This document shows positions 37,518 to 47,095 of a stretch of 64,000 bases of DNA, in pieces. Both the position numbers and the translations under genes were made by a program. This DNA is from an uncultured Gemmatimonadales bacterium. Its GTDB lineage: Bacteria > Gemmatimonadota > Gemmatimonadetes > Gemmatimonadales > GWC2-71-9. The notes under the pieces were generated by a model. That model saw only the letters and a program-made list of their open reading frames with translations, did not search any database and was not told where the DNA came from. Where the stretch lies: assembly GCA_963815515.1 (NCBI GenBank), contig CAWFGP010000003.1, positions 1,277,513 through 1,341,512 of the forward strand, written 5' to 3'. Position 1 is the stretch's first letter, and the number at the start of each line of letters is the position of its first letter.

Positions 37518-38758
37518 ATGACCCCCAGGTCCCGGCCGATCCGCCCGAACTGCTCGAGCGAGAAGTCGATCTGCTCGAAGGTGTGCGTCGCCATGACGCT
37601 GGTGCGGAGACGGCACTGCGACGGCTGCACCGCGGGCGGCGCCACCGGATTGGTGAAGACCCCGGCGTCGAACAGGCGGCGCCACATCAGGAAGGTCTTC
37701 TCCATGGGGCCGATCAGCACCGGCACGATCGGCGTCTCGGTCGGGCCGATCTCGAAGCCCAGGCTCCGGAAACCGGTCTGCAGCCGGCGGGTGTTGGCCC
37801 ACAGGCGGTCGCGCCGCTCGGGCTCGTCCTGCAGGACCTGCAGCGCGGCCAGCACGCCCGCGGTGTTGGCGGGCGGCAGCGAGGCGGTGAAGATCAGCGG
37901 CCGGCTGTGATGCTTGAGGTAGTGGACCACGCTCTCGGTAGCGGCCACGAAGCCGCCGATCGACGCCAGCGACTTCGAGAAGGTGCCGGCGATGATGTCG
38001 ACGTCGTCGGTCATGCCGAAATGGGCGGCGGTGCCGTCGCCGTTCGGCCCGAGAACGCCGAGGGCGTGCGCGTCGTCGAGCGCGAGCGCCGCGCCGTGCT
38101 TCCGGGCCACCCGCACGAGGGCCGGCACGTCGGCGATGTTGCCTTCCATCGAGTACACGCCGTCCACCACGATCATCGAGCCCTTCCCCGAGCCGTTCCG
38201 CTCCATGCGGCGCTCGAGGTTGGCCAGGTCGCCGTGGTTGAAGCGCTCGGTCTCGCCGTAGGACATCTTGGCGCCGTCGACGATCGAGGCATGGTCGAGC
38301 TTGTCCAGGTAGACCACTTCGCCGCGGCCGACGAGCCCGGAGATCAGGCCGAGGTTGGCGGAGTAGCCGGTGGAGAAGACCAGGCAGGCTTCCTTGCCCA
38401 GGAACTCGGCCAGGGCGTGTTCGAGCTGCTCGTGGAGATCCAGTGTCCCATTCAGGAACCGGCTGCCCGTGCAGCCCGAGCCGTAGCGGCTCAGAGCCCG
38501 GCTGGCAGACTCGAGCACCTTCGGATGATGGGTCAGGCCGAGGTAGTTATTGGACCCCAGCATGATCCGCTTCTGTCCGTCGATGACGACGACGGTGTCC
38601 TCCGATTCGGAAATCGGATTGAAGTATGGATAGAGGCCAACGGCCTGCAACTCACGCGCTTTGGTGAATTCGCGACACTTGTCGAACAGCGCGACCTGTT
38701 GAAGCTCTTGAGTATCCACGGCGCCTCGGCCAGAAGTGGAGGTGAGGAGGGGCCTCAC
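37514..38758 (-). CDS. spt: PLP-dependent alpha-oxoamine synthase, predicted serine palmitoyltransferase
   Basis: GTG start. GSNNYLGL, DDAHALG, FSKSLASIGGF (PLP lysine). The family includes Spt, BioF and Kbl; the Spt assignment rests on operon context. Confidence 0.6.
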   Translation of the reverse strand: MRPLLTSTSGRGAVDTQELQQVALFDKCREFTKARELQAVGLYPYFNPISESEDTVVVIDGQKRIMLGSNNYLGLTHHPKVLESASRALSRYGSGCTGSRFLNGTLDLHEQLEHALAEFLGKEACLVFSTGYSANLGLISGLVGRGEVVYLDKLDHASIVDGAKMSYGETERFNHGDLANLERRMERNGSGKGSMIVVDGVYSMEGNIADVPALVRVARKHGAALALDDAHALGVLGPNGDGTAAHFGMTDDVDIIAGTFSKSLASIGGFVAATESVVHYLKHHSRPLIFTASLPPANTAGVLAALQVLQDEPERRDRLWANTRRLQTGFRSLGFEIGPTETPIVPVLIGPMEKTFLMWRRLFDAGVFTNPVAPPAVQPSQCRLRTSVMATHTFEQIDFSLEQFGRIGRDLGVI

Positions 38759-38939
38759 ATCGCATTGCGACAGAATGGCTTAAAGTAGTCAACCACCGGA
38801 GGTGACACAAGTTGCAGAGGCCGGGAGAGCCGGCTCCCGGACTCCGGAATCGGCGTTCGGGCCGCAAGGCCCGCGCCGCCAGGCGGAACCATCCGAGATT
38901 GCTTGACTTGGCCCCCGAAAACGCCGAGCTTTCCACCCT

Positions 38940-39454
38940 ATGCCAGAGCCCGTCGAGCCGTCGAGCCGCCGTTCGTTTCTCCGGACCTGCGCCCTTGCCG
39001 GCCTGGGTCTGGTGGGCGCCAACGGGCTTGCTGCAGGGCCAGATTTCGGGCGTCGGAGCCCTCGGGCTCGGTCGACCCGGATCCCGAGGTACCGAACGAG
39101 CAGGTCGCCAGGATCCTCAAGGAGCTGTTCGGCGACCGGCCCATCATCAAAGGCCACATCTCGCTCGACATGCCGCTGGTGGCGGAAGACGGGCGCATCG
39201 TACCGGTCATTATCGAGAGCGACCTGCCGATGACGCGCGAGCACTACGTCAAGGCGGTCCACCTCATCGTCGACCACAATCCCGACCCCCATCTTGCCGC
39301 CTTTCACCTGACGCCGGCCCTGGGCTCGGTGGCCTTGCAGACCCGCATCAAGATGAAGCGCACCACCTGGGTGCGGGCGATCCTCGAGACCTCGACCGGC
39401 GAGGTGTGGGCGGCCTACGCGCACGTCAACGTCTCGCTCAACGGGTGCGGCTGA
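38940..39454 (+). pseudogene. soxY: SoxY sulfur-carrier protein, reading frame broken between Tat signal and mature domain
   Basis: ATG 38940 frame: MPEPVEPSSRRSFLRTCALAGLGLVGANGLAAGPDFG (Tat signal). Another frame from about 39050: ..SEPSGSVDPDPEVPNEQVARILKELFGDRPIIKGHISLDMPLVAEDGRIVPVIIES..VNVSLNGCG*. Adding one base in the GGG run near 39048-39050 joins the two. Confidence 0.75.
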
Positions 39455-39786
39455 TGACCATCGGCGACGCCCGGATTCGCATTCCCGATCGGATCGCCCG
39501 CGGCGACCTCATCATCGTGAACGCCATCGTCGTGCACCCGATGGACACCGGATTCTTCCGTACCACCGAAGGGCAGCCGATCCCCGCGTACTTCATCAAG
39601 GACGTCGTGGTGACGTACGGCGACGAGCAGGTGGCCCGGTTCGAGTGGACCTCCGGCGTGAGCAAGGATCCGATCGTGAGCTTCACCCTCACGGCGGACA
39701 AGGAGGCGCCGCTCACGATGGTCTGGACCGACTCGAAGGGCGGAGTGTACCGGCAGTCCGTCGCCATCGCGTTCGCCGCCGCATAG
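39454..39786 (+). CDS. soxZ: SoxZ sulfur-carrier partner
   Basis: ATG overlaps the soxY stop (TGATG). MTIGDARIRIPDRIARGDLIIVNAIVVHPMDTGF..YFIKDVVVTYGDEQVARFEWTSGVSKDP. Confidence 0.85.
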   Translation: MTIGDARIRIPDRIARGDLIIVNAIVVHPMDTGFFRTTEGQPIPAYFIKDVVVTYGDEQVARFEWTSGVSKDPIVSFTLTADKEAPLTMVWTDSKGGVYRQSVAIAFAAA

Positions 39787-39835
39787 GGTTGTCCTCCCGC
39801 AGCCCGGCGGGCGCGCGTCCCCTGGCCCGTCTCCC

Positions 39836-40789
39836 GTGACCCCTCTCCCCACGCTGATCGTTACGATGTCCGCCCTCGCGGCCCCGGCTCCGGCCCGCGA
39901 CTCGGCGCCGCCGTTCATCGCGCGGCGGATCGCCGACGGGGTCTACGTCGTCCCGGGGGACACCGGTCGCGGCTCGGAGGGCCGGCCCAACGCCGGCTTC
40001 ATCGTCACCCGCGAGGGTGTGGTCGTCGTGGACGCGCTGGCGAGCCCCCGTCAGGGCGAGGCGCTGCTCCGGACGATCCGCTCGGTGACGCCGCAGCCGA
40101 TCAAGTGGCTCGTCCTGACCCATCACCATCCCGACCACCACTTCGGCGCCATCGTATTCCGGCGCGCGGGAGCCAAGGTCATCGCGCACCCCGACACCCG
40201 CGTGCTCGCGAGCGAGGGCGGACCCGACGCGCTGGTGGCGGACTGGGTGCGCGTCGTGGGGCTCGATGCCATGCACGGATTCGAGTTTGCGGACGTGCCC
40301 GACCGGCCGGTCACATCGGCCGACACGCTCCGAATGGGCGGCCGGACGATCGTGATCACCCACCCGGGCGCCGGACACTCCGCGGGCGATCTCATGATAT
40401 GGCTGCCGAAGGAGGGCGTGCTGTTCGCGGGCGACCTGCTCATCGAGGACGGCGTGACGATGGTGGTGGACGGGAGCGCGCGGGAACTCCTTCGAAGCCT
40501 GGCGCGGATCGACAGCCTGCGGCCCCGGGTGGCCGTGCCGGGGCATGGCGCACTCCCGACGAGCCCCACGGTGCTGGTCGCCCGCACGCGGAGCTACATC
40601 GCGAACCTCGAGGCCGAGATGCGGGCGGCGGTGGAGAAGGGAGTGCCGATGCAGCGGGCGCTCGCCGCGTTGCCGCCGCCGGACGAGAACCGTCCGGTGT
40701 CGCTCAACTCGCGCCGCCGGCGCAACGCCGCGCGGGTGTACGTCGCGGAGGAGCGTTCGTGGATGGGATTGGAGGACTCGCTGCCATGA
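39836..40789 (+). CDS. MBL-fold metallo-hydrolase (SoxH-like by context)
   Basis: LVLTHHHPDHHFGA metal motif and an N-terminal signal-like segment. Confidence 0.7.
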   Translation: MTPLPTLIVTMSALAAPAPARDSAPPFIARRIADGVYVVPGDTGRGSEGRPNAGFIVTREGVVVVDALASPRQGEALLRTIRSVTPQPIKWLVLTHHHPDHHFGAIVFRRAGAKVIAHPDTRVLASEGGPDALVADWVRVVGLDAMHGFEFADVPDRPVTSADTLRMGGRTIVITHPGAGHSAGDLMIWLPKEGVLFAGDLLIEDGVTMVVDGSARELLRSLARIDSLRPRVAVPGHGALPTSPTVLVARTRSYIANLEAEMRAAVEKGVPMQRALAALPPPDENRPVSLNSRRRRNAARVYVAEERSWMGLEDSLP

Positions 40790-41760
40790 GGCGACTCGGT
40801 CGGGGCATTCCGCCGGCTCTTCGGCTTGTGACCCTGGCGCTGGTCGCTCCGGCGTGCGCGGGACACCCGGCAACGGTTGCAGAACCTCCCGCCCAGGCCG
40901 GCGTCTCAGTCACGGGCGCCGGGAGTGCGTCGGTGCCCGCGCTGGTCTCGACCGATGAGCTGGCACGTTGGCAGGCCCAGGGGCCGGTCGTGGTGATCGA
41001 CGTCCGGACCGACGTCTTCGCCTACCTCAAGGGGCATCTGCCAGGCGCGGAGTACCTCAACAGCGAGACGCTTCGCGCGAGCGAGGGCGGGATTCCGATG
41101 CGCCTGCTCTCAGCCGGTGCCTACCGGGAGCTGTTCGCTCGGCTCGGGGTCGATCCCGGCCGCCCGGTGGTCATCTACAGCGCAGGCGAGTCACGAAACA
41201 TCGACGCCACCTTCTTTGCCTGGCTGCTGGCTGGCGCCGGGCAGCCACGGGTGTATGTGCTCGACGGCGGCTTCTTCAAGTGGCAGCTCGAGCAGCGCCC
41301 GGTGGTGCAGCGATATCCCCGGATTCCGGTGGCCCACCTCTCCGACCGGCCGTTCCGGCCGGAGGCCGCTTCGCTCGAGGAGGTGCAGGCGGCGATTCAC
41401 GCAGGGGCAGTGCTGGTGGACGCGCGCTCGCCCGACCAGTACGAGGGTACGGCGGGTGCGCAGATGCGCCACGGGCACATCCCGGGGGCGATCAGCCATT
41501 ACTGGCAGGACGATCTCACGCAGGTGGGGTTCGGCCACGTGTGGAAGCCCGTGGCCGAGCTGCGGCGGGCCTACGAGGCGCAGGGGATCACGGCCGGCAA
41601 GGACATCATTGCGTACTGCAACAGCGCCACCGAGGCGAGCCACGTCCACTTCGCGCTGCGCTATCTGCTGGGGTATCCGCGGGTGCGGATCTACGTGGGC
41701 TCGTGGACCGAGTGGGCCGAGGACGAACCGCTGCCGGTGACGACCGGTCCCCGGCCCTAG
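40786..41760 (+). CDS. tandem-rhodanese thiosulfate sulfurtransferase, lipoprotein
   Basis: ATGA overlap with the upstream gene. Lipobox LALVAPAC. Two rhodanese domains. Active-site loop AYCNSATEAS. Confidence 0.85.
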   Translation: MRRLGRGIPPALRLVTLALVAPACAGHPATVAEPPAQAGVSVTGAGSASVPALVSTDELARWQAQGPVVVIDVRTDVFAYLKGHLPGAEYLNSETLRASEGGIPMRLLSAGAYRELFARLGVDPGRPVVIYSAGESRNIDATFFAWLLAGAGQPRVYVLDGGFFKWQLEQRPVVQRYPRIPVAHLSDRPFRPEAASLEEVQAAIHAGAVLVDARSPDQYEGTAGAQMRHGHIPGAISHYWQDDLTQVGFGHVWKPVAELRRAYEAQGITAGKDIIAYCNSATEASHVHFALRYLLGYPRVRIYVGSWTEWAEDEPLPVTTGPRP

Positions 41761-41761
41761 C

Positions 41762-43192
41762 TCACCGCATCGCGATCCCGGCCCGCAGCTGACCCGGCCG
41801 CCAGATCCGCCCACCGCGCATCACCAGCTCCACCGAGTCCAGATGGTCGATGTCCTCCAGCGGATTCTTGCTGAGCAGGACCAGATCGGCGTAGCGGCCT
41901 GCCTCGATGGTGCCGACCTGACGTCCCGCCTGGCCGCCGATGGCGCGGGCGGCATCGCGCGTGGCCGCCAGGAGCGCGGCGGTCGGGGTCAGCGCGATGG
42001 AGTCCACCAACAGCCGGAGCTCGCCGAAAAGCGACGCCCGCTCGCTCACAGGGCCATAGGCGACATGGTCGCTGCCGGCGCTGATGCGCACACCGCGCCG
42101 CACCGCCTCGCGGGCGATCTCCACGCCGAACTCCGCCGCGGCGCGCACGTACGCCTCCTGTACCGACGGCACATGCCGCCGGCGGGCATCGTAGGCCACG
42201 AGGCTGTGCCGTGTGGCATCGAGGGTCGGCTCGAACATCGTGCCGCGCGCGGCCATCGAGTCGAGGGTCGCGAGGATGCGAGGGTCGTGTGCCGAGACCG
42301 CGGTGGCCACCCGGGCGGTGACCGCCTGCAGGTCACCGTCGTTGACGAGGGTGTCGCGCTCCTCGGCAGTGAACAGCTCGCCGGCCAGGCCGGCGGCGTG
42401 GACCACGCCATCCATGCCGGCCGTGCTCTCGTCCGCCACGTTGGCGGGCTGGAGCCAGGCGTGTCCCCAGACGGGCATTCCGGCCCGATGCGCGGCCGCG
42501 GTCAGGAGGCGGACGGAGACGCTGTCGAGCTGGGCATAGAGCTTGAGTCCCATCGCGCCGGCCTGGCGGGCCGCCGCGACGACGCCCTCCGGATCGTCGC
42601 CCCGATTGTATTGGATCGGGGACCACCCCAGCCACTGCATCGTGAGCGCCGGCGCCTGCCGGTAGACCACCCCGCGGTCGGTCTGCACCGCCCGGAAGCC
42701 GTTGAAGAAGAAGCGCCGCCCGGCAACGAGCTGCATCGCATAGACACGGGGGGCGGCCTCGAAGCCGGACACGCGGGAGAGCAGCGCCACAGGATTGTTC
42801 CCCATGTCGCGCACAGTGGTGACGCCCTGGGCGAGCAGGTCACGGAGATCGAGACCGAGCGCTTCGGTGGCGCTTCCCCCAGTGAGGAAGAGCAGGTGCA
42901 CGTGGCTGTCGATCAGGCCCGGGATGAGGTACTGGCCACGGGCCTCGATCACCCGGGCGCCATGGGGTATCCTGCACTCCCCGGCCGCGCCGGCGCAGAG
43001 GATCCGGTCTCCCCGGACCACGGTCACGGCATTGGTGACCGGCGCGTGGCCGGTCCCGTCCCACAATGTGGCGCCGACGATGGCGGTCGAGGGGCTGACG
43101 GGGGGCGGCGGCACCAGCTTGGCTCGAGGCGCGCCACAGGCGGCGGCCAAGCCGACCAACAGGGGAACAGCGCGCGAGGCGAGGCGGGTCAT
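41762..43192 (-). CDS. amidohydrolase-family metallo-hydrolase, lipoprotein
   Basis: GLIDSHVHLL metal motif, lipobox LVGLAAAC, start taken at MTRLASRA. Confidence 0.75.
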   Translation of the reverse strand: MTRLASRAVPLLVGLAAACGAPRAKLVPPPPVSPSTAIVGATLWDGTGHAPVTNAVTVVRGDRILCAGAAGECRIPHGARVIEARGQYLIPGLIDSHVHLLFLTGGSATEALGLDLRDLLAQGVTTVRDMGNNPVALLSRVSGFEAAPRVYAMQLVAGRRFFFNGFRAVQTDRGVVYRQAPALTMQWLGWSPIQYNRGDDPEGVVAAARQAGAMGLKLYAQLDSVSVRLLTAAAHRAGMPVWGHAWLQPANVADESTAGMDGVVHAAGLAGELFTAEERDTLVNDGDLQAVTARVATAVSAHDPRILATLDSMAARGTMFEPTLDATRHSLVAYDARRRHVPSVQEAYVRAAAEFGVEIAREAVRRGVRISAGSDHVAYGPVSERASLFGELRLLVDSIALTPTAALLAATRDAARAIGGQAGRQVGTIEAGRYADLVLLSKNPLEDIDHLDSVELVMRGGRIWRPGQLRAGIAMR

Positions 43193-43422
43193 GGGCAGCC
43201 TGCTCCATCTTGCTTCGAGCAACCAGCGCCAACCCCGGCGCCGTGAACTGCCCGATGATAATCCAAGATGCGAACGGACGGGTGGTGCCGCGGTGATTCA
43301 GAAGGAGTAGTACAAGGTGACCCCGGCCACCAGCCGCGAATGCGGCAAACGTCATGCCCAGCACTCCGGGGCGGCCCCGGCCGTGGTTGCGGCGATCTCG
43401 CTGGCTCCCTAGTCTTACCTCC

Positions 43423-44415
43423 GTGTCCACCTCCCAGATTCATCGTCCGCGGCGCCGGCGACGCACCGACGCCCTCCGCCGCCTCGTGCGCGAGCACCAG
43501 CTCGAGGTCGGGGACCTGATCCAGCCGCTCTTCGTGGTCCATGGCGCCCGGATCGAGCGGGAAATCGCCTCGATGCCCGGGGTCTGCCACCTGTCGGTCG
43601 ACGAGGCGCTCGATCGGGAGGTCGACCGGGTCCGCGGTCTCGGCATCTCCGCCGTCCTGCTGTTCGGCCTGCCCGCGGCCAAGGATGAGATCGGGTCGGA
43701 GAACTTCGCCGAGGACGGCATCGTACAGCGGGCGCTGCGGCGCCTGCGCGCGCGGCACGCGGACCTCCTGCTCCTGACCGACGTCTGCTGCTGCGAATAC
43801 ACCAGCCACGGTCACTGCGGCGTCCTCCGCGGGGAGAGCGTCGACAACGACGCCACGCTCGAGATCCTGGGCCGCGTGGCGCTCACGCACGCGGCGGCCG
43901 GTGCCGATATCGTGGCGCCGAGCGGCATGATGGACGGCATGGTGGCCACGATCCGCGCCGCGCTCGACGGCGCGGCGTACACCGACACCGGCATCCTGAG
44001 TTACGCGGTGAAGTATGCGAGCGCCTACTACGGCCCATTCCGCGAGGCGGCCGAGAGCGCGCCGACGTTCGGCGACCGGCGCGAGTACCAGATGGACTAC
44101 GCCAACGTGCGGGAGGCGCTGCTCGAGGCAGCGCTGGACGAGGCGGAGGGGGCCGACCTGCTCATGGTCAAGCCGGCCCTCGCCTATCTCGATGTGGTGC
44201 GCGCGGTTCGCGAACGGACGGCGCTGCCGCTCGTGGCGTACAACGTGAGCGGGGAGTATTCCATGGTGAAGGCGGCGGCCCGGCTCGGCTGGATCGACGA
44301 GCGGCGGGTGGTGCTCGAGTCGCTCACCGGTATGCGGCGCGCCGGGGCGGACGCGATCATCTCGTACCACGCGAAGGACGTCGCCGGCTGGCTGGCGGAA
44401 GCGGCCCGGGGATGA
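43423..44415 (+). CDS. hemB: porphobilinogen synthase
   Basis: [30 protein letters not shown] (Zn site), PSGMMDG, VKPA. The GTG 43423 start gives a typical length of about 330 aa; ATG 43354 is also possible. Confidence 0.9.
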   Translation: MSTSQIHRPRRRRRTDALRRLVREHQLEVGDLIQPLFVVHGARIEREIASMPGVCHLSVDEALDREVDRVRGLGISAVLLFGLPAAKDEIGSENFAEDGIVQRALRRLRARHADLLLLTDVCCCEYTSHGHCGVLRGESVDNDATLEILGRVALTHAAAGADIVAPSGMMDGMVATIRAALDGAAYTDTGILSYAVKYASAYYGPFREAAESAPTFGDRREYQMDYANVREALLEAALDEAEGADLLMVKPALAYLDVVRAVRERTALPLVAYNVSGEYSMVKAAARLGWIDERRVVLESLTGMRRAGADAIISYHAKDVAGWLAEAARG

Positions 44416-45716
44416 CGGATCTGCGCGCCTCGACCCAGGTGACGAAGGCCTCCGAGCGGCTGTTCGCCGCGGCGCAGCGCGTCCTGCCCGGCGGCGTCAA
44501 CAGCCCGGTGCGCGCGTTCCGGAGCGTCGGCGGCATCCCCCGCTTCATCGCGCGGGGCGAGGGGGCGTGGCTCGAGGACGCCGACGGCAACCGCTACGTC
44601 GACCTGGTGCTCTCGTGGGGCCCCCTCATCCTGGGCCACGCCCACCCGGAGGTCTTCGCGGCGGTGGTGGAGGCCGCCGGCCGGGGAACGACCTACGGCG
44701 CGCCGACCGAGCTCGAGGTTCGTCTGGCCGAGCGCGTGGTGGCCACGTTCCCGGCGATGGAAATGGTGCGCTTCGTGAGCAGCGGCACGGAGGCGGCGAT
44801 GAGCGCGGTGCGGCTCGCACGGGCGGCCACCGGCCGCCAGGCGATCGTCAAGTTCGACGGTTGCTACCACGGTCACGCCGATCCGTTCCTCGCCTCCGCC
44901 GGCTCGGGCGTGGCCACGCTGGGGCTGCCGGATTCGCCTGGCGTAACGGCGGCCACCGTCGCCGACACGCTGATCGCACCGTTCAACGATCTCGCCGCTG
45001 TGGAGGCCTTGTTCGCGGCGCGAGGGTCGGACATCGCTGCCGTGCTGGTGGAGCCGGTGGCGGGGAACATGGGCGTGGTGCCGCCGGCCCCGGGGTTCCT
45101 GGAGGGCCTCAGGGCCGTGACCCGGCGCGCGGGCGCGCTGCTCGTCTTCGACGAGGTGATGACGGGCTGGCGGGTGCACCCGGTGGGGGCGCAGGTGCTC
45201 TACGGCGTGCAACCCGATCTCACCATTCTCGGCAAGGTGGTCGGTGGCGGGCTTCCGGCGGCCGCGTACGGCGGGCCACGGTCGCTGCTCGAGCTGATCG
45301 CCCCGGCCGGACCGGTCTACCAGGCGGGGACCCTGTCGGGCAACCCGCTCGCGATGGCCGCCGGGCTCGCGACGCTCGACGTGCTGTCGCGCCCCGGCAC
45401 CTGGGAACGCGCCGAGCGCTGGGCCGAGCGCGCGGCGGCCGCCATCGAGTCGGCCGCCGCTCTGGCGAGTGTGCCGGTCATCGTCCAGCGCGTGGGCACG
45501 ATGCTGACCCCGTTCTTCACCGACGCGCCCGTGCGCGACTATGCCGACGCCAAGCGCACCGACAAGGCCGCGTACAACGCGTTCTTTCACGCCATGCTCG
45601 AGGGGGGCGTCTACCTCCCGCCGTCCGCGTTCGAGGCCTCGTTCACGTCCGCCGTGCACGGCGACGTGGAGCTCGCTGCGTTCGAGGCCGCGCTGGGCGC
45701 CGCATGGGCGCGGTAG
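44412..45716 (+). CDS. hemL: glutamate-1-semialdehyde 2,1-aminomutase
   Basis: [31 protein letters not shown]. Confidence 0.93.
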   Translation: MTDLRASTQVTKASERLFAAAQRVLPGGVNSPVRAFRSVGGIPRFIARGEGAWLEDADGNRYVDLVLSWGPLILGHAHPEVFAAVVEAAGRGTTYGAPTELEVRLAERVVATFPAMEMVRFVSSGTEAAMSAVRLARAATGRQAIVKFDGCYHGHADPFLASAGSGVATLGLPDSPGVTAATVADTLIAPFNDLAAVEALFAARGSDIAAVLVEPVAGNMGVVPPAPGFLEGLRAVTRRAGALLVFDEVMTGWRVHPVGAQVLYGVQPDLTILGKVVGGGLPAAAYGGPRSLLELIAPAGPVYQAGTLSGNPLAMAAGLATLDVLSRPGTWERAERWAERAAAAIESAAALASVPVIVQRVGTMLTPFFTDAPVRDYADAKRTDKAAYNAFFHAMLEGGVYLPPSAFEASFTSAVHGDVELAAFEAALGAAWAR

Positions 45717-47095
45717 CGATCGTCGGCGGCGGCATCGCCGGGCTGACCGCCGCGTACCGGCTGAAGCAGCGCGGGGTGCGGGTCGTGGTGTACGAGGCGG
45801 GCGAGCGGGTGGGCGGCGCCATCTGGACCAGGCGATCGGACGGGTACCTCGCCGAGCTCGGACCCAACTCGATCGCGGCGCCCTCGACGGCGGTGCGCAG
45901 CCTGATCGCGGAGCTGGGACTGGAGCCGAGCCTCGTGGTCGCGTCCCCCGAGGCCAAGAAGCGTTACGTCGTCCGCAAGAACCGGCTGCTGCCGCTCCCG
46001 ATGTCGCCTCAGGACTTCCTCACGACACGGCTGCTCTCCAACGGGGCCAAGCTGGCGGTGTTCGGCGAGCCACTCGTCGACCGCAGCGACTCGCCGGTCG
46101 AGGAGAGCATCGCGACCTTCGTCCGCCGCCGGTTCAACCAGGAAATCGTGGACTACGTCGCCAACCCGTTCGTCGCCGGCATCTACGCCGGCGACCCCGA
46201 GCAGCTCTCGGTCCGCCACGCGCTGCCGAAGCTGTACGGACTCGAGCGTACGCACGGCTCGATCATCAAAGCATTCGCCGGCATGATGCGCGCGCGAAAG
46301 CGGGACGCCGACGCCGCGGCCACGGCGATGGCCGGCGGGATGGTCTCGTTCCGTTCGGGCCTGCAGGAGCTGCCCGACGCGCTTGCGCGCGAGCTTCACG
46401 CCGAGATCCGGCTCCGGGCTCCGGTCACGCAGCTCCGCTCGGGACCCAAGGGGTGGACGGTCGGCGCCGCCTTCCAGCAGGCGGAGCTGTACGACGCGGT
46501 CGTATACGCCGCGCCGGCGCACTGCGTCGACGAGATCGACCTCGACTTTCCGGCCGGCGACCGCGTCGGGACGCTGGCCAGCATCGGCCACCCGTCGGTC
46601 GCGGTGCTGGTGCTCGGCTTCCGGCGCGAGGATGTGGCCCACCCGCTCGACGGCTTCGGATTCCTGGTGCCGGAGGTCGAGCGGCGGCATGTGCTCGGCG
46701 TGCTCTTCTCGTCTACGCTCTTTCCGGGCCGGGCGCCGGACGGTCACGTGACGCTCACCGCGTTCGTGGGCGGTGTCCGGAATCCCGACCTGGCCAACGC
46801 CGACCAGCCGACCATCACCGCGCGGGTGATGGACGATCTCCGCGCCCTGCTCGGCGCCAAGGGCGAGCCCACCTTCCGAGCCTTTCATCTCTGGCCCAGG
46901 GCCATTCCGCAGTACGACCTCACCTACGGCCGGTTCAAGGACATCATGGACGAGGCCGAGCGGCGGAATCCCGGGCTCGCGCTCGCCGGCTCGTACCGGG
47001 AGGGCGTGGCCCTCGGCGAGGCAATCGCCTCGGGCGAAGAGGCGGCGGCGCGGGTGGCGGCGCTGCCGGCCGCGGCGGGATCCGGCGCCCGGTGA
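45704..47095 (+). CDS. hemY: protoporphyrinogen oxidase (FAD, HemY type)
   Basis: [30 protein letters not shown] dinucleotide fold; 463 aa; heme operon context. Confidence 0.85.
   Translation: MGAVAIVGGGIAGLTAAYRLKQRGVRVVVYEAGERVGGAIWTRRSDGYLAELGPNSIAAPSTAVRSLIAELGLEPSLVVASPEAKKRYVVRKNRLLPLPMSPQDFLTTRLLSNGAKLAVFGEPLVDRSDSPVEESIATFVRRRFNQEIVDYVANPFVAGIYAGDPEQLSVRHALPKLYGLERTHGSIIKAFAGMMRARKRDADAAATAMAGGMVSFRSGLQELPDALARELHAEIRLRAPVTQLRSGPKGWTVGAAFQQAELYDAVVYAAPAHCVDEIDLDFPAGDRVGTLASIGHPSVAVLVLGFRREDVAHPLDGFGFLVPEVERRHVLGVLFSSTLFPGRAPDGHVTLTAFVGGVRNPDLANADQPTITARVMDDLRALLGAKGEPTFRAFHLWPRAIPQYDLTYGRFKDIMDEAERRNPGLALAGSYREGVALGEAIASGEEAAARVAALPAAAGSGAR

Noticed and set aside
38812-39453. Upstream extension of the soxZ ORF (324-aa version) and the 38903 start of the soxY-body frame
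   Set aside because: The translations upstream of the recognised SoxZ and SoxY domains are Arg/Pro-rich with no signal peptide. The Tat signal is found in a different frame (38940), which supports a frameshift instead.
40105-40785. 5' extension of the rhodanese ORF (551-aa version)
   Set aside because: It overlaps the MBL-fold gene out of frame. The lipoprotein signal begins at ATG 40786, with an ATGA overlap.
43230-43420. Possible riboswitch or structured leader upstream of hemB
   Set aside because: It contains only weak, imperfect complementarity (GGGTGGTGCCG / CGGCCACCAGCC) and no conserved riboswitch core sequence that I can recognise.
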